Shown here: piece after piece, positions 30,027 to 42,640 of the stretch
Layout: each line of letters starts with the position of its first letter
How positions within the stretch are numbered: position 1 is the first letter of the stretch
Source of the DNA: Lama guanicoe
Taxonomy: Eukaryota
Length of the DNA stretch: 64,000 nt
Assembly (NCBI GenBank): GCA_013239625.1
Contig: MU053557.1
Span: forward strand, 1,123,063-1,187,062
Direction: 5' to 3'
Notes under the pieces: generated by a model
Told to the model about the DNA's origin: nothing
Databases searched by the model: none
The model's input: the letters and a program-made list of their open reading frames with translations, nothing else
Program-made: the position numbers and the translations under genes

Positions 30027-30493
30027 TGTCAACAACAACAAAAAATTAACAGTCAATCTGAAAAAAATAGAAAATTATACTTGAGCTAATCTGAGGATTG
30101 GTAACTCAGTAGACCATCTCTCAGGGTTTTGAGAACTGTTCCAAAGAGGTGGTGGGGAAACCAGTATGTATGTGATTTTGGTGAAGGGGATACATGCAAT
30201 CAAGCGCTCATCTCAGTAGAAGGCTGCTGCTAGCCACGAGGAACAGACGTCTTAGCTAGTGGTTTTAGTGCTTTTCTAAGTATGGGAAGATGCAAGAATC
30301 CAGATGCATAAAAAAAAATTTCTCCTGAAAATACCTATCTGAAGGCCAGTTCTGCCAGTTTTCCCAGAGCACAGAGTGGTCTTCAGATCTTCACCCTGAG
30401 TTCCTTTTAGGGTCTGTTGTAGGTCAGTGAGTGCAGTGGCTCATGACTTGATCCCTGTAGAGCCGGATGGTGAACAGTTTTGTTTATTTTACA
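30027..30493 (-). mobile_element. ERV1 LTR (MER41-like), probable 3' LTR
   Basis: TG...CA termini, preceded on the minus strand by a purine-rich tract (aaaggcaagggac). Body resembles MER41-type LTRs. Confidence 0.7.
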
Positions 30494-30720
30494 GTCCCTT
30501 GCCTTTGGTCTTAATTTTGACCAAGTTTTGGGAGGCATTCCATGACCAGTTGGTCTCACAGCGCTGGGAATGCTCACTCCCGGGTCAGGCCGGGGTTTCA
30601 TGCATAGGCTCCTCACTGTGCTGTTACAGGACTGGACCCTATTATCGGGCAACCACTGCCAATCAGACAGCGACAGTACACGACATAAAGCCTATTTCCC
30701 ATCCTTACTTTGAGAATGTA
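30494..30720 (-). mobile_element. ERV internal remnant with polypurine tract
   Basis: Purine tract abuts the LTR 5' TG. More GC/CpG-rich than the flanks. Confidence 0.5.
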
Positions 30721-31139
30721 ATTTTTCCAAATGCCCTGTAGTATAGATATTCTAAATCTTTTACTAGTCAGTCTGATTGAACACTAAATATATGTTTGTT
30801 TAATGAACACATGAATTCAAAATCCTTGCCCCTCCAAATGTTTGTATGATGTAATGTAAGCATTACTTACTGAAATTTCAGTGAATAGTTCTCAGTCTTC
30901 CTTTACCTTTTTCTTCACTGGATACACCATTATTGCTACTGGAGCTGTCCAGTAAGTGGTCCAAAGGCTTATGACTACTGTTAATAGGGCCTCCCTCCAC
31001 CTGGTACAGAGGTAAAGTGTACAGTAATTGATTGGTCATGTCTGACCTGGAAATAGAGATGAATGTGGTTGTACTCATGACACAAGTTCTCTTTTCCTAA
31101 GATAGTTTTATTTTTATATTTGTAAACTATATCAAGAAG

Positions 31140-31228
31140 TTTTTTTTTTTTAATGGAGGTATTGGAGATTGAACCCAGGAACTTGTGCATGCTAAGCATG
31201 TGTTCTACCACGGAGCTATACCCACCAT
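31140..31228 (-). mobile_element. tRNA-Ala-derived SINE (camelid Vic-1-like) with 14-bp TSD
   Basis: tRNA head with A/B boxes and a poly(A) tail. TSD actatatcaagaag at 31126-31139 and 31229-31242. Confidence 0.9.
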
Positions 31229-31954
31229 ACTATATCAAGAAGATTTTTTAATGTCTCCCTTCTGCCTCTCAAGTGTACATATTGTAAATGGCACTGGCAT
31301 CCAAAAAAATTGCTGAATAATCTGTGTATACTTGAATTGAGGTCTTTTGTTTAATTCTTAATGGCCGTCCAACAAATTCTACAGTCTCACATCTCCTTGG
31401 AGAGAGCCACAGTTCTCTATTTCCCTATGTCTTAGCAAATATATGATTGAGAATGCTTTTTAAGCAGTAAATGTCTACAAGTTGGAGAAGTTAGAGCTGT
31501 TAAATGGTTAACTAAACATCATTGAACAGCATGGCAGTTTGGGGAAAGATGACTGAGGCAGATGCCCCTGTTAGAGAGCTGTTTTTGAAAACAATCACAA
31601 AACGATGACTGAGAATTGCTGACCAAATGCAGGGAGAAAGGAGTAAAAGTGCACTCTGTAAGAAAGGCGTCTTCTCCTAAGATGGGACATTCAGGCTAGA
31701 CCCATGATTAAGGGCAAATTGGATCAGAGACCTCAGAACAAAAGGAATGGGCCTTGCTGACATGCAGTATTATTTGCTTGCTCCCTTGCCTGACAACAAA
31801 AGCTTCAGAGTCTAGGATGCCTGAGGTTTTCTTAGATACTTCTGACCTTTTATTTTCTTTCCAACATACATTTTAGCACCCTGGGTTACTCACTTAGACT
31901 TGAGAATGTGTCTGATTTTAAAACGCCAGTTTTCTTGCTTGGAGAAAGCTGGAG

Positions 31955-32118
31955 AAATACTACACCACTGTAGAAGATGTTTCGCCCTCGACTAGAGTTC
32001 AGTGTTGTACCCTTTAGCTCCAGGGAGGAGACTGCCATTCATCCACATGTGCCGTCTTGCATGCCTGTTGACTTGCACTCGGCAATGTTGTGATAATTAC
32101 ATGTATATGTGTTTATAC
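31955..32118 (-). pseudogene. GREB1-like terminal coding segment
   Basis: Gapless 27-aa match THIHVIITTLPSASQQACKTAHVDEWQ vs [27 protein letters not shown], then RNIFYSG (shifted frame) vs RPLFFLTG. Confidence 0.65.
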
Positions 32119-32239
32119 CTGATTAAATTGTGTCTTACTGAATACCATGGTAAACGGGATTTGATCTTTCTCTCCAGGCTGTAGAAAATGCTTTCGCTGG
32201 TTAAAACATGATTGCCTTCCCCTCAACCCCTACCCCTTT

Positions 32240-32753
32240 CCCTTTCTCTCACGTTTACATTGTTGTTTCAGGTTAGCAATAAAGTTGAATTACTGAGAAA
32301 CACCCTGATTGTGTTTTCCAAAGGATAGGAAAACAAAGCATAATAAAGAAGGAAGTATTTCAAGCAGGAAATGCTTAGTACAGCTCTGTTTAGAGCAGCC
32401 TCTGATGGGTAGTCTTTGCTCATCTAGCCCTGAGTGGGCTCGTGTGAGGCTCAGTTGAGAATAATGCAAAATCAGGCTACCCAGTATAGTTGTTCTCTAA
32501 AGAGAGCTTCACTTATAGACGTTAGAGTAGAAGACCATGAGAAAAAAGCCAGGAGAGCCAGGTGTCTGGAGGGCACAAGTTTATAGCAGAATAGCTGCAG
32601 TTCATTTCCACCAAATGGTGGCCATGCTGGGAAAGCCCGTCTTGAACTTAAAAGTCAGTGGCTGAACAATCGTCAGGCCACTTCATGTCCTTTGGAAGTG
32701 GGTAGTATCTCTTCCTGACCAGAGTTTTATGGCCCAAGGACAGAGTCCAGGGA
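32240..32753 (-). pseudogene. GREB1-like pseudo-exon (TAGT-like core)
   Basis: Strong acceptor. MKWPDDCSATDF*VQDGLSQHGHHLVEMN vs [47 protein letters not shown] vs LCDDVDFNLRVHSAGLLLCR; HFLLE vs QLLLE. Confidence 0.7.
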
Positions 32754-32896
32754 CTATAGAAAATAGAGAATTCATAAAGATTCTTCACTGGAGGCAGAGA
32801 AATTCAAAAGAATCTAATAGCAATTTTAGATGGCCAAAAATTTTGATACTCTTAGTCAAAATAGGAGTGGACCAGGGGCAAACCATAAAGACCTAC

Positions 32897-33076
32897 CGGT
32901 AAAGATTATGAATGGATCATTGATAGGACATCTGGAAAATTGCCTCTGGCCAGAATCCATCAAATATAACAGGGTTTGGTTTACTTCCAGGCTAGCCCTG
33001 AATGGTAACTCAGGGACCACCAGCAGTCAGAGTCATTTGAGTTGGAGAGATGTTGAAAACAAGCATCTCTCTGACT
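32897..33076 (-). pseudogene. GREB1-like pseudo-exon (180 nt)
   Basis: VREMLVFNI..DGFWP vs IKELSYHNL..QDIWP. gtaggt donor, in phase with the next exon. Confidence 0.55.
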
Positions 33077-33289
33077 CTGGGAGCTCATCAGGGGAAGTCG
33101 AAGAGTGACCAAAAGACGAGTAAATTTAGAGTTAGTAGACTTGAATTATATGACATTGGGAAAGGAAGTTAACCTCTGTGATATCTTCTGTTAATTAGAA
33201 GTCACAGTGCTTGTTCTGTACCCCTCTCTTGTGGTTTATGAGAGTGAAATTGAAAAACAAAAATATAGGATAAAATGCTATTCAAATCT

Positions 33290-33505
33290 CCAGTTTTATC
33301 TTTTAAAATATTGTCATTAAATGCAGGTTGAATTGTAACAAATTTAGGCATTACCGCATCCTTCCTTCTTTTGCTTGGCCATCTCCTCATAATACTTGGG
33401 AAATTCAATTTGAATGTCAACTTATGTCTTGCCTCCTTCAGCACTTGTGTGGCCTTTGCTCTCTTCTTCCTTCAGAGGTCTATCAAACGTTTGAAAATGA
33501 TACGA
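33290..33505 (-). pseudogene. GREB1-like pseudo-exon (TAGT-like region; donor uncertain)
   Basis: HKLTFKLNFPSIMRRWPSKRRKDAVMP vs GREB1 [26 protein letters not shown]. Confidence 0.5.
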
Positions 33506-34909
33506 CTGAAATAGTCCACTAGCAATTAGGTCTAATTAATGCATAAATCTAGAATAAGAAGTGATATGTAGTTAATACAGAAACAAGAGTAGTGTAAGCC
33601 CTTCTTGGATTTCAAGGGCCATCACAGTCTAGCCTCATTCTTTAAATGGTCCGGATTTCCACTGTTGCCACAGATAACCTCACTGGCACTCCTGTCTGCC
33701 TACTCAGGAGGTCAGTCCTCAAATTTGACCATGGTTTCAGACTGCCTATTTTTTCCTCGTTTGTTTTCTTACCTCACAGCATTGCCATGAAGTTCAAATG
33801 AAGGACTTACGTGGGCATGGTCTGTGAACTGTAAAGTGCTATACAAACAGAGAAAATTAAATTTAGAGTTAAAAGAGGCAGGTTTAAGATCAGTCCTGGA
33901 TGTTTACTGTGTGACTTTAAGGAGATCTCCTTATCTCTCTGGATCTCAATTTTTTGTTGGGAAGATGAGGGTTAACATTTCTGTCCTGTCAACCACACAA
34001 ATGTAAAAGGTGATGTTTGTCATTCGTTTGTTGTAAAATTCACTTAGGAGACCCATTTACATGTTATTTGTATTCTTATTTATCAGATTTCATTCATTCT
34101 CCTATTCATGTATTTATTCATCTGAGAGTCATTTATTATTTGAAAATACTTATGTAAATAAATGACATGGGTTTATTCAAAATCACCTAAAATAATCAAT
34201 ATTATATAAAATGTAATTTTCAGTGAAATAAATTTTATAGTATATTCTTCAAAGCATATTTAGTTGATAATCTAAAGAAACTTTTCCCATGTTTTAATCC
34301 TATCAGAAAATTGCGTGGGATTTGGCACCAAATGAGAGCTCTACAAATTTTAGCTTTTATTTTGAACAGAAATAGCCTTACTCAGTTTTTTTCCAATGGA
34401 TCTTTTATTCTTAAGGACATTGACATAAATAGTTCTGGCATTTTATATTTTACTAGGGTACCTACTTCATAGATAGTTATTAGGATTCTACTGCTAATAA
34501 ATTCGGTTCTTTTTTCTAAAGCATTTTAAGTGTCTTTCATTTTCTTTGTCTTCTAAAATAATTTTCATCTTACACATTATCAGGTATAACCTGACTACAA
34601 TGGTCAAATATGATATCTTATTAATTAATATGTGATGCCTTCTTTCTGTGAGGTTCAGTCTCCTCTGCTAGAACCAGTTTAATACCTTTTTTCTCTGTCA
34701 CCTACAGTCATTTATGATTTTGTGATATATGCAAATTAGAAGAATATATTAGTTTTTCAAAAACTTAATTCATTGTATAATCAGTTAGTCTTGTTTCATA
34801 AAATATTATTAAAAGAGGGTAGACACACTCAGACCTTTTATTATTCAAAAATCATCATCACTGAAATGTTTTACATTAGTTAACATTAAAAATATTTTAA
34901 TAAGTGATA

Positions 34910-35079
34910 TTCCCTTTTCCTGTATGTGAATATGGTACTATTTTATGTATTCCTGATAGAATATCTCAAGCGGCCATAATCTACCTTAACGATGTAACTT
35001 GATTCGTCATAGTTTTATCATTTGAACTCTGTATATTCAGAAAACCTGCATCTGCATCTGTTAAGGATTGTGCCTTTTA
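34910..35079 (-). pseudogene. GREB1-like pseudo-exon (start of TAGT-like region)
   Basis: ctcctctttcag acceptor. RLWPLEIFYQEYIK, then STIFT in a shifted frame, vs GREB1 MRLPLVTDKSHEYIKSPTFT. Confidence 0.55.
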
Positions 35080-35994
35080 CTGAAAGAGGAGATATAAATA
35101 ATACATAGTAGTAGGCAGCATATCAATATTGTCTTCTGCGTCTCTGGCCACTAACTGGTGATAAATCATCCAGACCCACACTTACTTGTTTGTCCACATG
35201 TAACTTATGACATAAGTATTTATCTGAGGTAGCTTTGATCTATAGAATGGCATTCTAATGCACACTTACACACAAGCACAACTCATACTTCCCTTCTTTA
35301 CTGCCGTGCAACCCAGTTTTTGAATGCTTTGGGAAAGACTTGCCTTTCCCTTGGGTTTCTTTAATCTAAAGTCATGCCTAATTAATAACTCAAACAAATA
35401 AACAAAAAGAAGTCCTCTTTTTGGTAACATTTCAATTGTTTCATTTTATATAGAAACCCAGCAGAAGGATTACCTAAATTCATGCTCCTTTCAGTGCTGG
35501 GAAACCCCCAAGTAGTATACAGAATGGATAGATACCTTTAATACTAAAATCAATTAACCCATTAGACTTTATTGATTTCAGTGGCTGCAAAGTGCTGTGT
35601 GGGATCCCTATGAAAGACAAGGCATCATCTCTGACAGTCACAAAGCTATTGGAGTACTAAGGCCAGCACATGTGAAATAAATTGGAGAGGTGTTTTTCCT
35701 TAACCATTTCCTGAGTCTGACAAATACTCCCCTTAGTTTTTGATGTCTTGAACAGTCATGAAGACACATAAATATATAAAAGTTATATCTTTATCTCTAC
35801 TTACATTATCTGTCTGTCTGTCTGTCTGTTGTGTTGGATGAGCAACAAGTTGATGGAAATGATCCTTCCATATTCTCACTCCAGTTTATATACCTCACTC
35901 CTGCTGTATTAGAATTTGTTCTTATTCTAGCCGCACACCATACTCTCTTAGTCCTTTGAACTTTCACACAGTGTACTTCCAACTACAGCATACT

Positions 35995-36260
35995 ATCTTA
36001 ATACTGTATGATACCACTTACATGGAATATAAAAAATACAACAAATGAGTGAATATAACAAAAAAGAAGCAGACTCCCAGATAGAAGGAACAAACTGGCG
36101 GGGAGAGACAATTCATGGGGTGGGGAAATGGGAGGTACAAACTATTCATGTAAGATAGACTACACAGATGTGTAGCACAACACAGAATACAGTCAGTATT
36201 CTGTAAAAACTGTAAATGGAGTATAAAAATTAAAGTATATGCAAAAAAGTATAAAATATA
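35995..36260 (+). mobile_element. L1 3'UTR fragment
   Basis: atactgtatgataccacttacatggaat..aaaaagaagcagactc..gaggtacaaactatt. Confidence 0.8.
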
Positions 36261-37989
36261 CTCTTTTCCAAGTTTCCTGAAAAATTCCTACTACTTACTC
36301 ATTTGATCTCCAAATTTTAACATCCCACTTTCTAGGAAACATTTCCTGACACCACCTTCTCACACCTCCAGGCTGATGGACCAATGATGAATCTTATTCC
36401 ATAAATAAGGTATACTGGAAATACACATTTCTTCAAATAATTCAGCTTATTTTCTATTTGTAATCCGTAGACTGAAACAGAAGTGGAAAGTTGGTTTCAG
36501 TCAATGTGGCCCCTCCCCCTTTATTTGAAGGGGTTTTCATCATCATCATCACTGAACATGTCTTTAATCCTCATAATAACCCTGAAGGTGGATATTGGTA
36601 TTTGTCTATATTTTATAGGTGAGAAGTATAAATTACAGAGAGTTACGTAGTTTTCATTTGGTTATGTTATGAACCCAAACATTCTGAATTTAGAGCCTGT
36701 GCATTCAATCACTCTGTTATACTGTATATTGCCAAGGCATCGATGTGGCAGGACGGTGTTTAACTGATATTTTAATGTTATCTGTCCATACAGATACTCG
36801 TCCAGTACTCATTCCATCATACCATCTGGTCCTGAACCAATCATCTTTATAGGTCACCAGGGAGATGTCTCTCATTATCATCTAAATGTTCCCTTTCGGT
36901 CAGTGACTCTTTTCTCTATTTCCATGCTGTCCTTGGGCACAAGAATCTGTCTGCTTCATCAACACAAATGCAATGAGGGAGTCATCATGAATCTGTCTGA
37001 CATTGTGCCTGTCCAGAACTGATGCAGTCATGTCCTCGCTCTTGGATCTAGGTGGGCTCTGCTTAGAAAGCAAGGAACTGCTCCTGGATCCAGCACATCC
37101 AGTTGGGATTTTATCCTGTAAACTAGTTTACAGGGTGTCTGTCTCGGACTCAGCAGTGTCCACTTGTTTATGAACTCCCCTCCATTTTTCTCTTTTCCTG
37201 CATCTAAGGAATCATTTTCTCATCTGGCAGGAGGAGGCCTCTGCTTTTGCCCTGTGATGCTTCCTTTTGAATCTTTTTTTATGGACCTTCCTGTTTCCTT
37301 TGGGCCTGACTATTTGACAGCAAAAAGCAGGGAAACTTACCTTTTTCTCTGCTTTCTATAGCAGCATCTTGTCCTTAAGGCAGTGAGGACTGGCCTGCCC
37401 AGCTGCCTGCATGTGAGGAAGAACAACATAGGCCAGGAACTCTGCCACATCCAAGATGTTACCCTCCATTGAGTTGCATTTCCCTGCTATTTGATTCCAA
37501 AGCAGCCTACACGTGCCTCCTCACAGGTTTCATGGTTTATTTTACATAATATGCTGACTCTCTTCCTTATCATATTTTAAGCTCTGTGAAGGCAGAAATT
37601 GTACCTTTATTTTCACTATTTGGCATGTGGTAATCTCTTAATAAATAACTGATGGATAAATAAATAAATCAGCTAAGCACTACCACTGAAGCGTTTTAGC
37701 TTAGCTTAATATAGGAGTATTGGATATCTTAATATCGTATGTATATATGTGTATCATATACATATGACTTGAAAAAACAAAGTGCCCGTTTTGAATTGGA
37801 TGGACTCATTCAGCTTCTTAGTCATACCCTCAATCGCTGGCTTAGGTTCCTGTCTTTATTTGGGTCCAAGATGTTGTCTTCTCACTCTAAATGACATCCA
37901 CTGGAATGGAGTGAGAAACTATCTATACCAGTGTCATTGTGAGAACTGAGGGATCTCTTGGCATGGACACTCTCTTCAGCTCCACCACT

Positions 37990-38584
37990 GAGACTTTCCC
38001 AGAATTCACATGGCTTCTAGCAGTCTAAGACCATGTTCTTGGGGTAATCCAGCCTCCTCTTGAGTTTCTGCCTAGAAAAGATAAGGGCTGGCAAAAGAAA
38101 TGACTGTTCTCTCCAGCTCCTGTTGATGGATCCCTGACCTCCCTTTCTTAGAATATCTACCTAAAAGGGTTTATGGTTGAGAATTCTTTCTCTCTCTCTC
38201 TCTCTGAGATGTGATTGTATCCCCTACAACTCAGGAATGTCTTTCCCAAAGATCTGAAAGCCCTTCCTTTGAAATTAATCCTCAGGAAGGAGATGGCCTC
38301 TGTCCCCCAATCTCTGTCGGAGAACCATCCTAACCTCCATAACTACCAGCAAGCAGATACACTGGTCTAATCACATGTACACGGACTAACCCTTGGTAGC
38401 TTTTCACTTGAGTTCTTACTCGCCGCTCCCCCCCCACCATCTTCATTTTCCCTTTAAAATGCCCAGTCACCTCACTGCAAATCAAATCAGATGATCCTCA
38501 GCATTTTCCCCTACTGTCAGTAGTTCCTGAATGCAATCTGTTTTCAGGGCTTTAACTAATGTCTGGCTTTGCTTATCTTTGACA
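37990..38584 (+). mobile_element. ERV1 LTR (MER34-like)
   Basis: Ends ctttaactaatgtctggctttgcttatctttgaca; ctttaaaatgcccagtcac motif. Confidence 0.55.
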
Positions 38585-38869
38585 GTTATCATAACCATAC
38601 CTGTCTATTATGGACATGAGTAGATGGTCTTGATTTTCAAGAGGGCTACAGAGAAGTTAGAAGAAAGGGTTCACACAGTAATAGAAATAGAGCATCAATT
38701 TCAAAGGATTGGGAAACCTGCCATATTGGAAATAATCCTATAGCTCCTGCCCTATGTGACTATAGGACATAGATGCCCCATGAAGCACAGAATACACAGA
38801 CAATTTGCTGAGCACATGCTAGGATGATTGCTTTTCCATAAACTCCTGATTTCATAGTAATGCCAATAA

Positions 38870-39125
38870 CAGTTAACATTTATTGATTGCTTACTCTGTA
38901 TATCCCAGGTACTGTGCTAAAACACTTGATGTGCATGATCTCATTTAATTCCCCTAAGAAGCCTGCAGTGTAGGTGTTGATGTCATCTTCTCTTTATAGG
39001 AAGGAAACTGGAGGCCAGGGAAGGCAAATGATTTTCCCAAAGGTACACAGTTATTAAGAAACTAAACCAATACTTAAACCAACTCTTTGACCTCAAAGCC
39101 CGTACACTTTGTCGGCTCACTGTAT
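38870..39125 (-). mobile_element. MIR SINE
   Basis: aacatttattgattgcttactctgt..tcatttaatt..aggaaactggaggcc..ggtacacagtta. Confidence 0.75.
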
Positions 39126-39531
39126 TACTGACTAATAGACAAGTACACAAGTAACAGTAGTCCAAGGCAGAATACTGTACATACCACAGATACAGGAGGG
39201 GAAGATAGCAGTTGCTTAGGGAACTTTTAATAATTACAGTGAGATTAATGAAGGGGAACTAATGAACACTGTTTTTACATCTTTTTCGTGAGTCTAGGAA
39301 AATTTGCCATTTTTCTGGAGAATCTGAACTTTCAACTTAGGAAAGTGCTTAATGACCCCTGTATCCTGTCAAGTTATTGGCTAGCATTCCCTATACATAA
39401 TTTCTCCTCTTATCTTTTCCCTCACTGTTGCTTCCTCTGAATCATTGTCACAGACTTGAATAAAACTGAAAGCTGAGTTTCAGCACAGCCCACAACTTCA
39501 GGAGAGAAATAGAGGAAGATAATCAAGTAAC

Positions 39532-39653
39532 CTTGATTCGGGGTGTTACAGCAACACAGCTGGCCTCAGATGTGGCTTCGACTGGCTGGACTCATCACTC
39601 TGAGTGAGTTCTGAGCACTGGGAATCATTATCTTTACTCTCTCTTGACATTAA
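39532..39653 (-). pseudogene. Candidate pseudo-exon (Ser-rich linker)
   Basis: ttttcttcag acceptor. Reads LMSRESKDNDSQCSELTQSDESSQSKPHLRPAVLL*. No clear homology. Confidence 0.3.
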
Positions 39654-39778
39654 CTGAAGAAAATCCAAGTCAGACACCGTCTCTTAATCAGTCAGTGTCA
39701 AGAAGTGTTACAATCACTAAATGTTCCTTTTATTACCAGTCTTACTGCAGAAAAACTCAGGGAGACTTTGTCTCTTAC

Positions 39779-39844
39779 CCACATCTGGCATGTCTGAAAG
39801 AGTGATTTTCAAAAACATCTTTCAAGTCACCACAGACTTCAGAC
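39779..39844 (-). pseudogene. Candidate pseudo-exon (66 nt)
   Basis: ctttgtccag acceptor, gtaaga donor and one open frame. No recognised GREB1 match. Confidence 0.35.
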
Positions 39845-40434
39845 CTGGACAAAGATGTGCCAGGCCCCATCTCCTTAGAGATTCAGTGTCTTTTTCCATG
39901 GAACTAAACCCATTAACTGATTCATTCTGCTTCAGAGATTATAATAAAGTTCAACTTATCATTTACTAAAATCAGCATCAGCAAAGTGAGGAGGTTCTGG
40001 AACTTGAGCTCTATTCCCCATGTGGGGCTCTCTACATTTGTAAAGGCACTCATGGCCTCAGGGATGATGATAGAGTGAGGTAATAGGGTAAGTATTTGCC
40101 AAAGTATGGATCAAGAGACTATTTGCTGTAAACCTATGTCTGTAGTAATTGTCAAAGAATGACAGAGTATTGTAACTGGCAAGGGTCTGAGGAAGTCCTC
40201 TAGTCAGTAAGGAGGGAAGAAAAAGACATGCTTCAGTCAGATACATTCTGTCTGCAAGACCTTGGGGAAGACAGCTGACTTAGGCTTAGTTTTCCTAGCT
40301 ATAAAATGGCATAAATATTCTTACAATATATGAAATAAGACTCAACATACTACTTGACATATGATAAATGCCCACAAGTTTTAGTTAACTGCTTCAGTAT
40401 CATCATAATCACCCTTGTCGCCATCATCTACATC

Positions 40435-40576
40435 AAATTACAGCCAGCTGGCCAAATCTTATTTGAACATAGTCACACTCAATTGGTAACATACTGTCTA
40501 TGGCCGGTTTTGCCCTGCAGTAGTGGGGTTAAATACTTGTAGCAGAGACTATTACAGAAAAGGTCTACTCACCCTG
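40435..40576. mobile_element. MER58A-like fragment
   Basis: gaacatagtcacactc..acatactgtctatgg..gtagcagagac. Confidence 0.6.
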
Positions 40577-42189
40577 ATTGGTGGTTCTAACGCCCCTGGG
40601 AAATGATGGAAAGGCCAAGAAGCAAACTCTGGTTTCTACCACTGCCCATGGCATATATTGACATTTTGCATATGATCTTATTATAGAAAAACCGAGGAAA
40701 GGGAAAGTAGAGGGACTAAAGTTGAGCAAAGTAGGCTGGTGATTTATTTTTCCCCAAAGAGAAAGACTAGCCCTTTAGTTGATAGGTAAGAGGCAGGAAG
40801 AAGGAAGAAAAGAGTTTATCAGGAAGGTAGGACCATCCTGATAAAGACATACTAGTGAGAAATGACATGGAGGATCCGTGAAATTGTATGTAGTTTTCAG
40901 CTGATGGGGCATTGAGTATGGAGTTGGGAACACGGAGTTGGAAGTTGGAAGGTAAAATTAGGCAACTGAGTAGCAGCTTAATCATGCTTGATACCAATGT
41001 TATCTTAAGGAGCTGGGACTTTTCTTGCAGGAGATTGAGAATTTCAAAGGGTGGGAGACCAAACTGACATTCTCGGTATTCTTCTCATTTGGGTCATGGC
41101 AACACAGATAATGTCAAAAAAATTGGCTGCTGGTGAAATGCAGACAGAGAACAGCTGGGAGGTGATATGGGTGGTACACGTAATGTTTATTTTTCTACAC
41201 CACGTGTCAGTCAGACATTGCCAGGACTAGAAAACTTCGGAAAATTCAGAGTGGCTAGAAAGTAAATACAATTTTTTCTCTGAATTTTCAATTATTTTTA
41301 ATTCATAAAAATCTAAACCAAGACAGCTACTATGTCTTCTGAAGAATGGATTAAACAAGGGACAGGGCATGCTCTTTTATGGTGGGGAAGGTAGTGTTCA
41401 CATACGGTTCTATGAATGTCAGGCCCATGGTGGTAGTCAGAACTACTAGCGTTTCATTTGTTGAATGTTAAGCTGTGACCGAGTGACTTTACAGGCTTTA
41501 GGTCTTAGGATACAACAACTTGAGGTATCCCCTGCTATCATTGCTAGTGTACATGTAACGGCACTGGTGCTTTGAGATAGACCCAAAGTTTCATAAGCAG
41601 TAAATAGCATAGCTCAGATTTGGGCACAAATCTTGTCTCTCTTCCAGAGCAAGCATGATTCACAAGTACAGAACAGTTAATTTTCTTCTGTTCTTAGAAG
41701 AATAACTGGCATATAGTGGACACAATAAATAGTTGGTAAATGATGAATGAAAATTTTAAAGAATAATTTAAAATTTCATGCCTATAACTTGAAGTGATAC
41801 AGTATCTCCTTGTACTATAAAATGTTAACAGTGCTCATTAATTGCTCAAAAAGGATCCAGATATTTTCCATTTGCCTATAATGGTGTCAGATACCGTTCA
41901 GTACGTCCAAAAAAATACTTCTTGAGTGCCTTTTACTGGACTAGCATAATACATTCATACTACATTTTCTAGATAAACAAGAACTTTACCATGTGTTATC
42001 ACATTTAATCTTCATAACAGCCTTATAAGGTACCGATTCTATTTTATAGACAATAAATGGACTCAGATTAATTGCTTGTCAAGGTTACGGCTAAAAATTG
42101 AAGTCTTCTGAACCCACATTTGTGTACTTTCCACTGTATTGGAAATGCTTCTTATGTAGATGACACAAATGTGGAGCTGTAAGGGATGC

Positions 42190-42640
42190 AAAATCAATTT
42201 TATGAAACATAATATATATGTGAGTTTGTATATATTCTTTACAACTGCTCCCTCTAGGGTGAAAATATCCTGTCTTCTACTAGGATAGATTGACTTTTTC
42301 TGTTTTGTAGTTTATATAAATGGAAGCAAATAGTATGTAATCTTTTGTGTCCAAATACTTACTCAATATTAATTCAAGACATTCATTAATATTATGCATA
42401 GTTATCATTTGTGTATCCTCATGGCTTTAGCATATTTTGCTATTTAAATACATCATCATTTAAAAACATCTATTCCACTGTTGAATGTCATCTGGGTAGT
42501 TTTCACTTTGAAATTTGAAAGTCATTTGAATTTGACTAATGCTGCTATGAAGAGTCTTATGCAGTGTCTTTTGGTGAACAGACCTGTGCATTTATGTTAA
42601 GTATATAATTAGAATTTCTGGGTCAAAAGGATATGGTTTC
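42190..42640 (-). mobile_element. Old L1M 3' fragment
   Basis: tttatataaatggaa..tagtatgtaatcttttgtgtc; aatgctgctatgaa..ttttggtgaaca. Confidence 0.65.

Noticed and set aside
34380..34690. Two further exon-like segments (VTEKKGIKLVLAEE..; GTLVKYKMPELF..)
   Set aside because: Splice sites are plausible, but the GREB1 match is ambiguous and competes with the 33290-33505 segment, so they were not called.
36470..36502. Hairpin gactgaaac...gtttcagtc as a miRNA or terminator
   Set aside because: The stem is only 9 bp, too short for a pre-miRNA and expected by chance.
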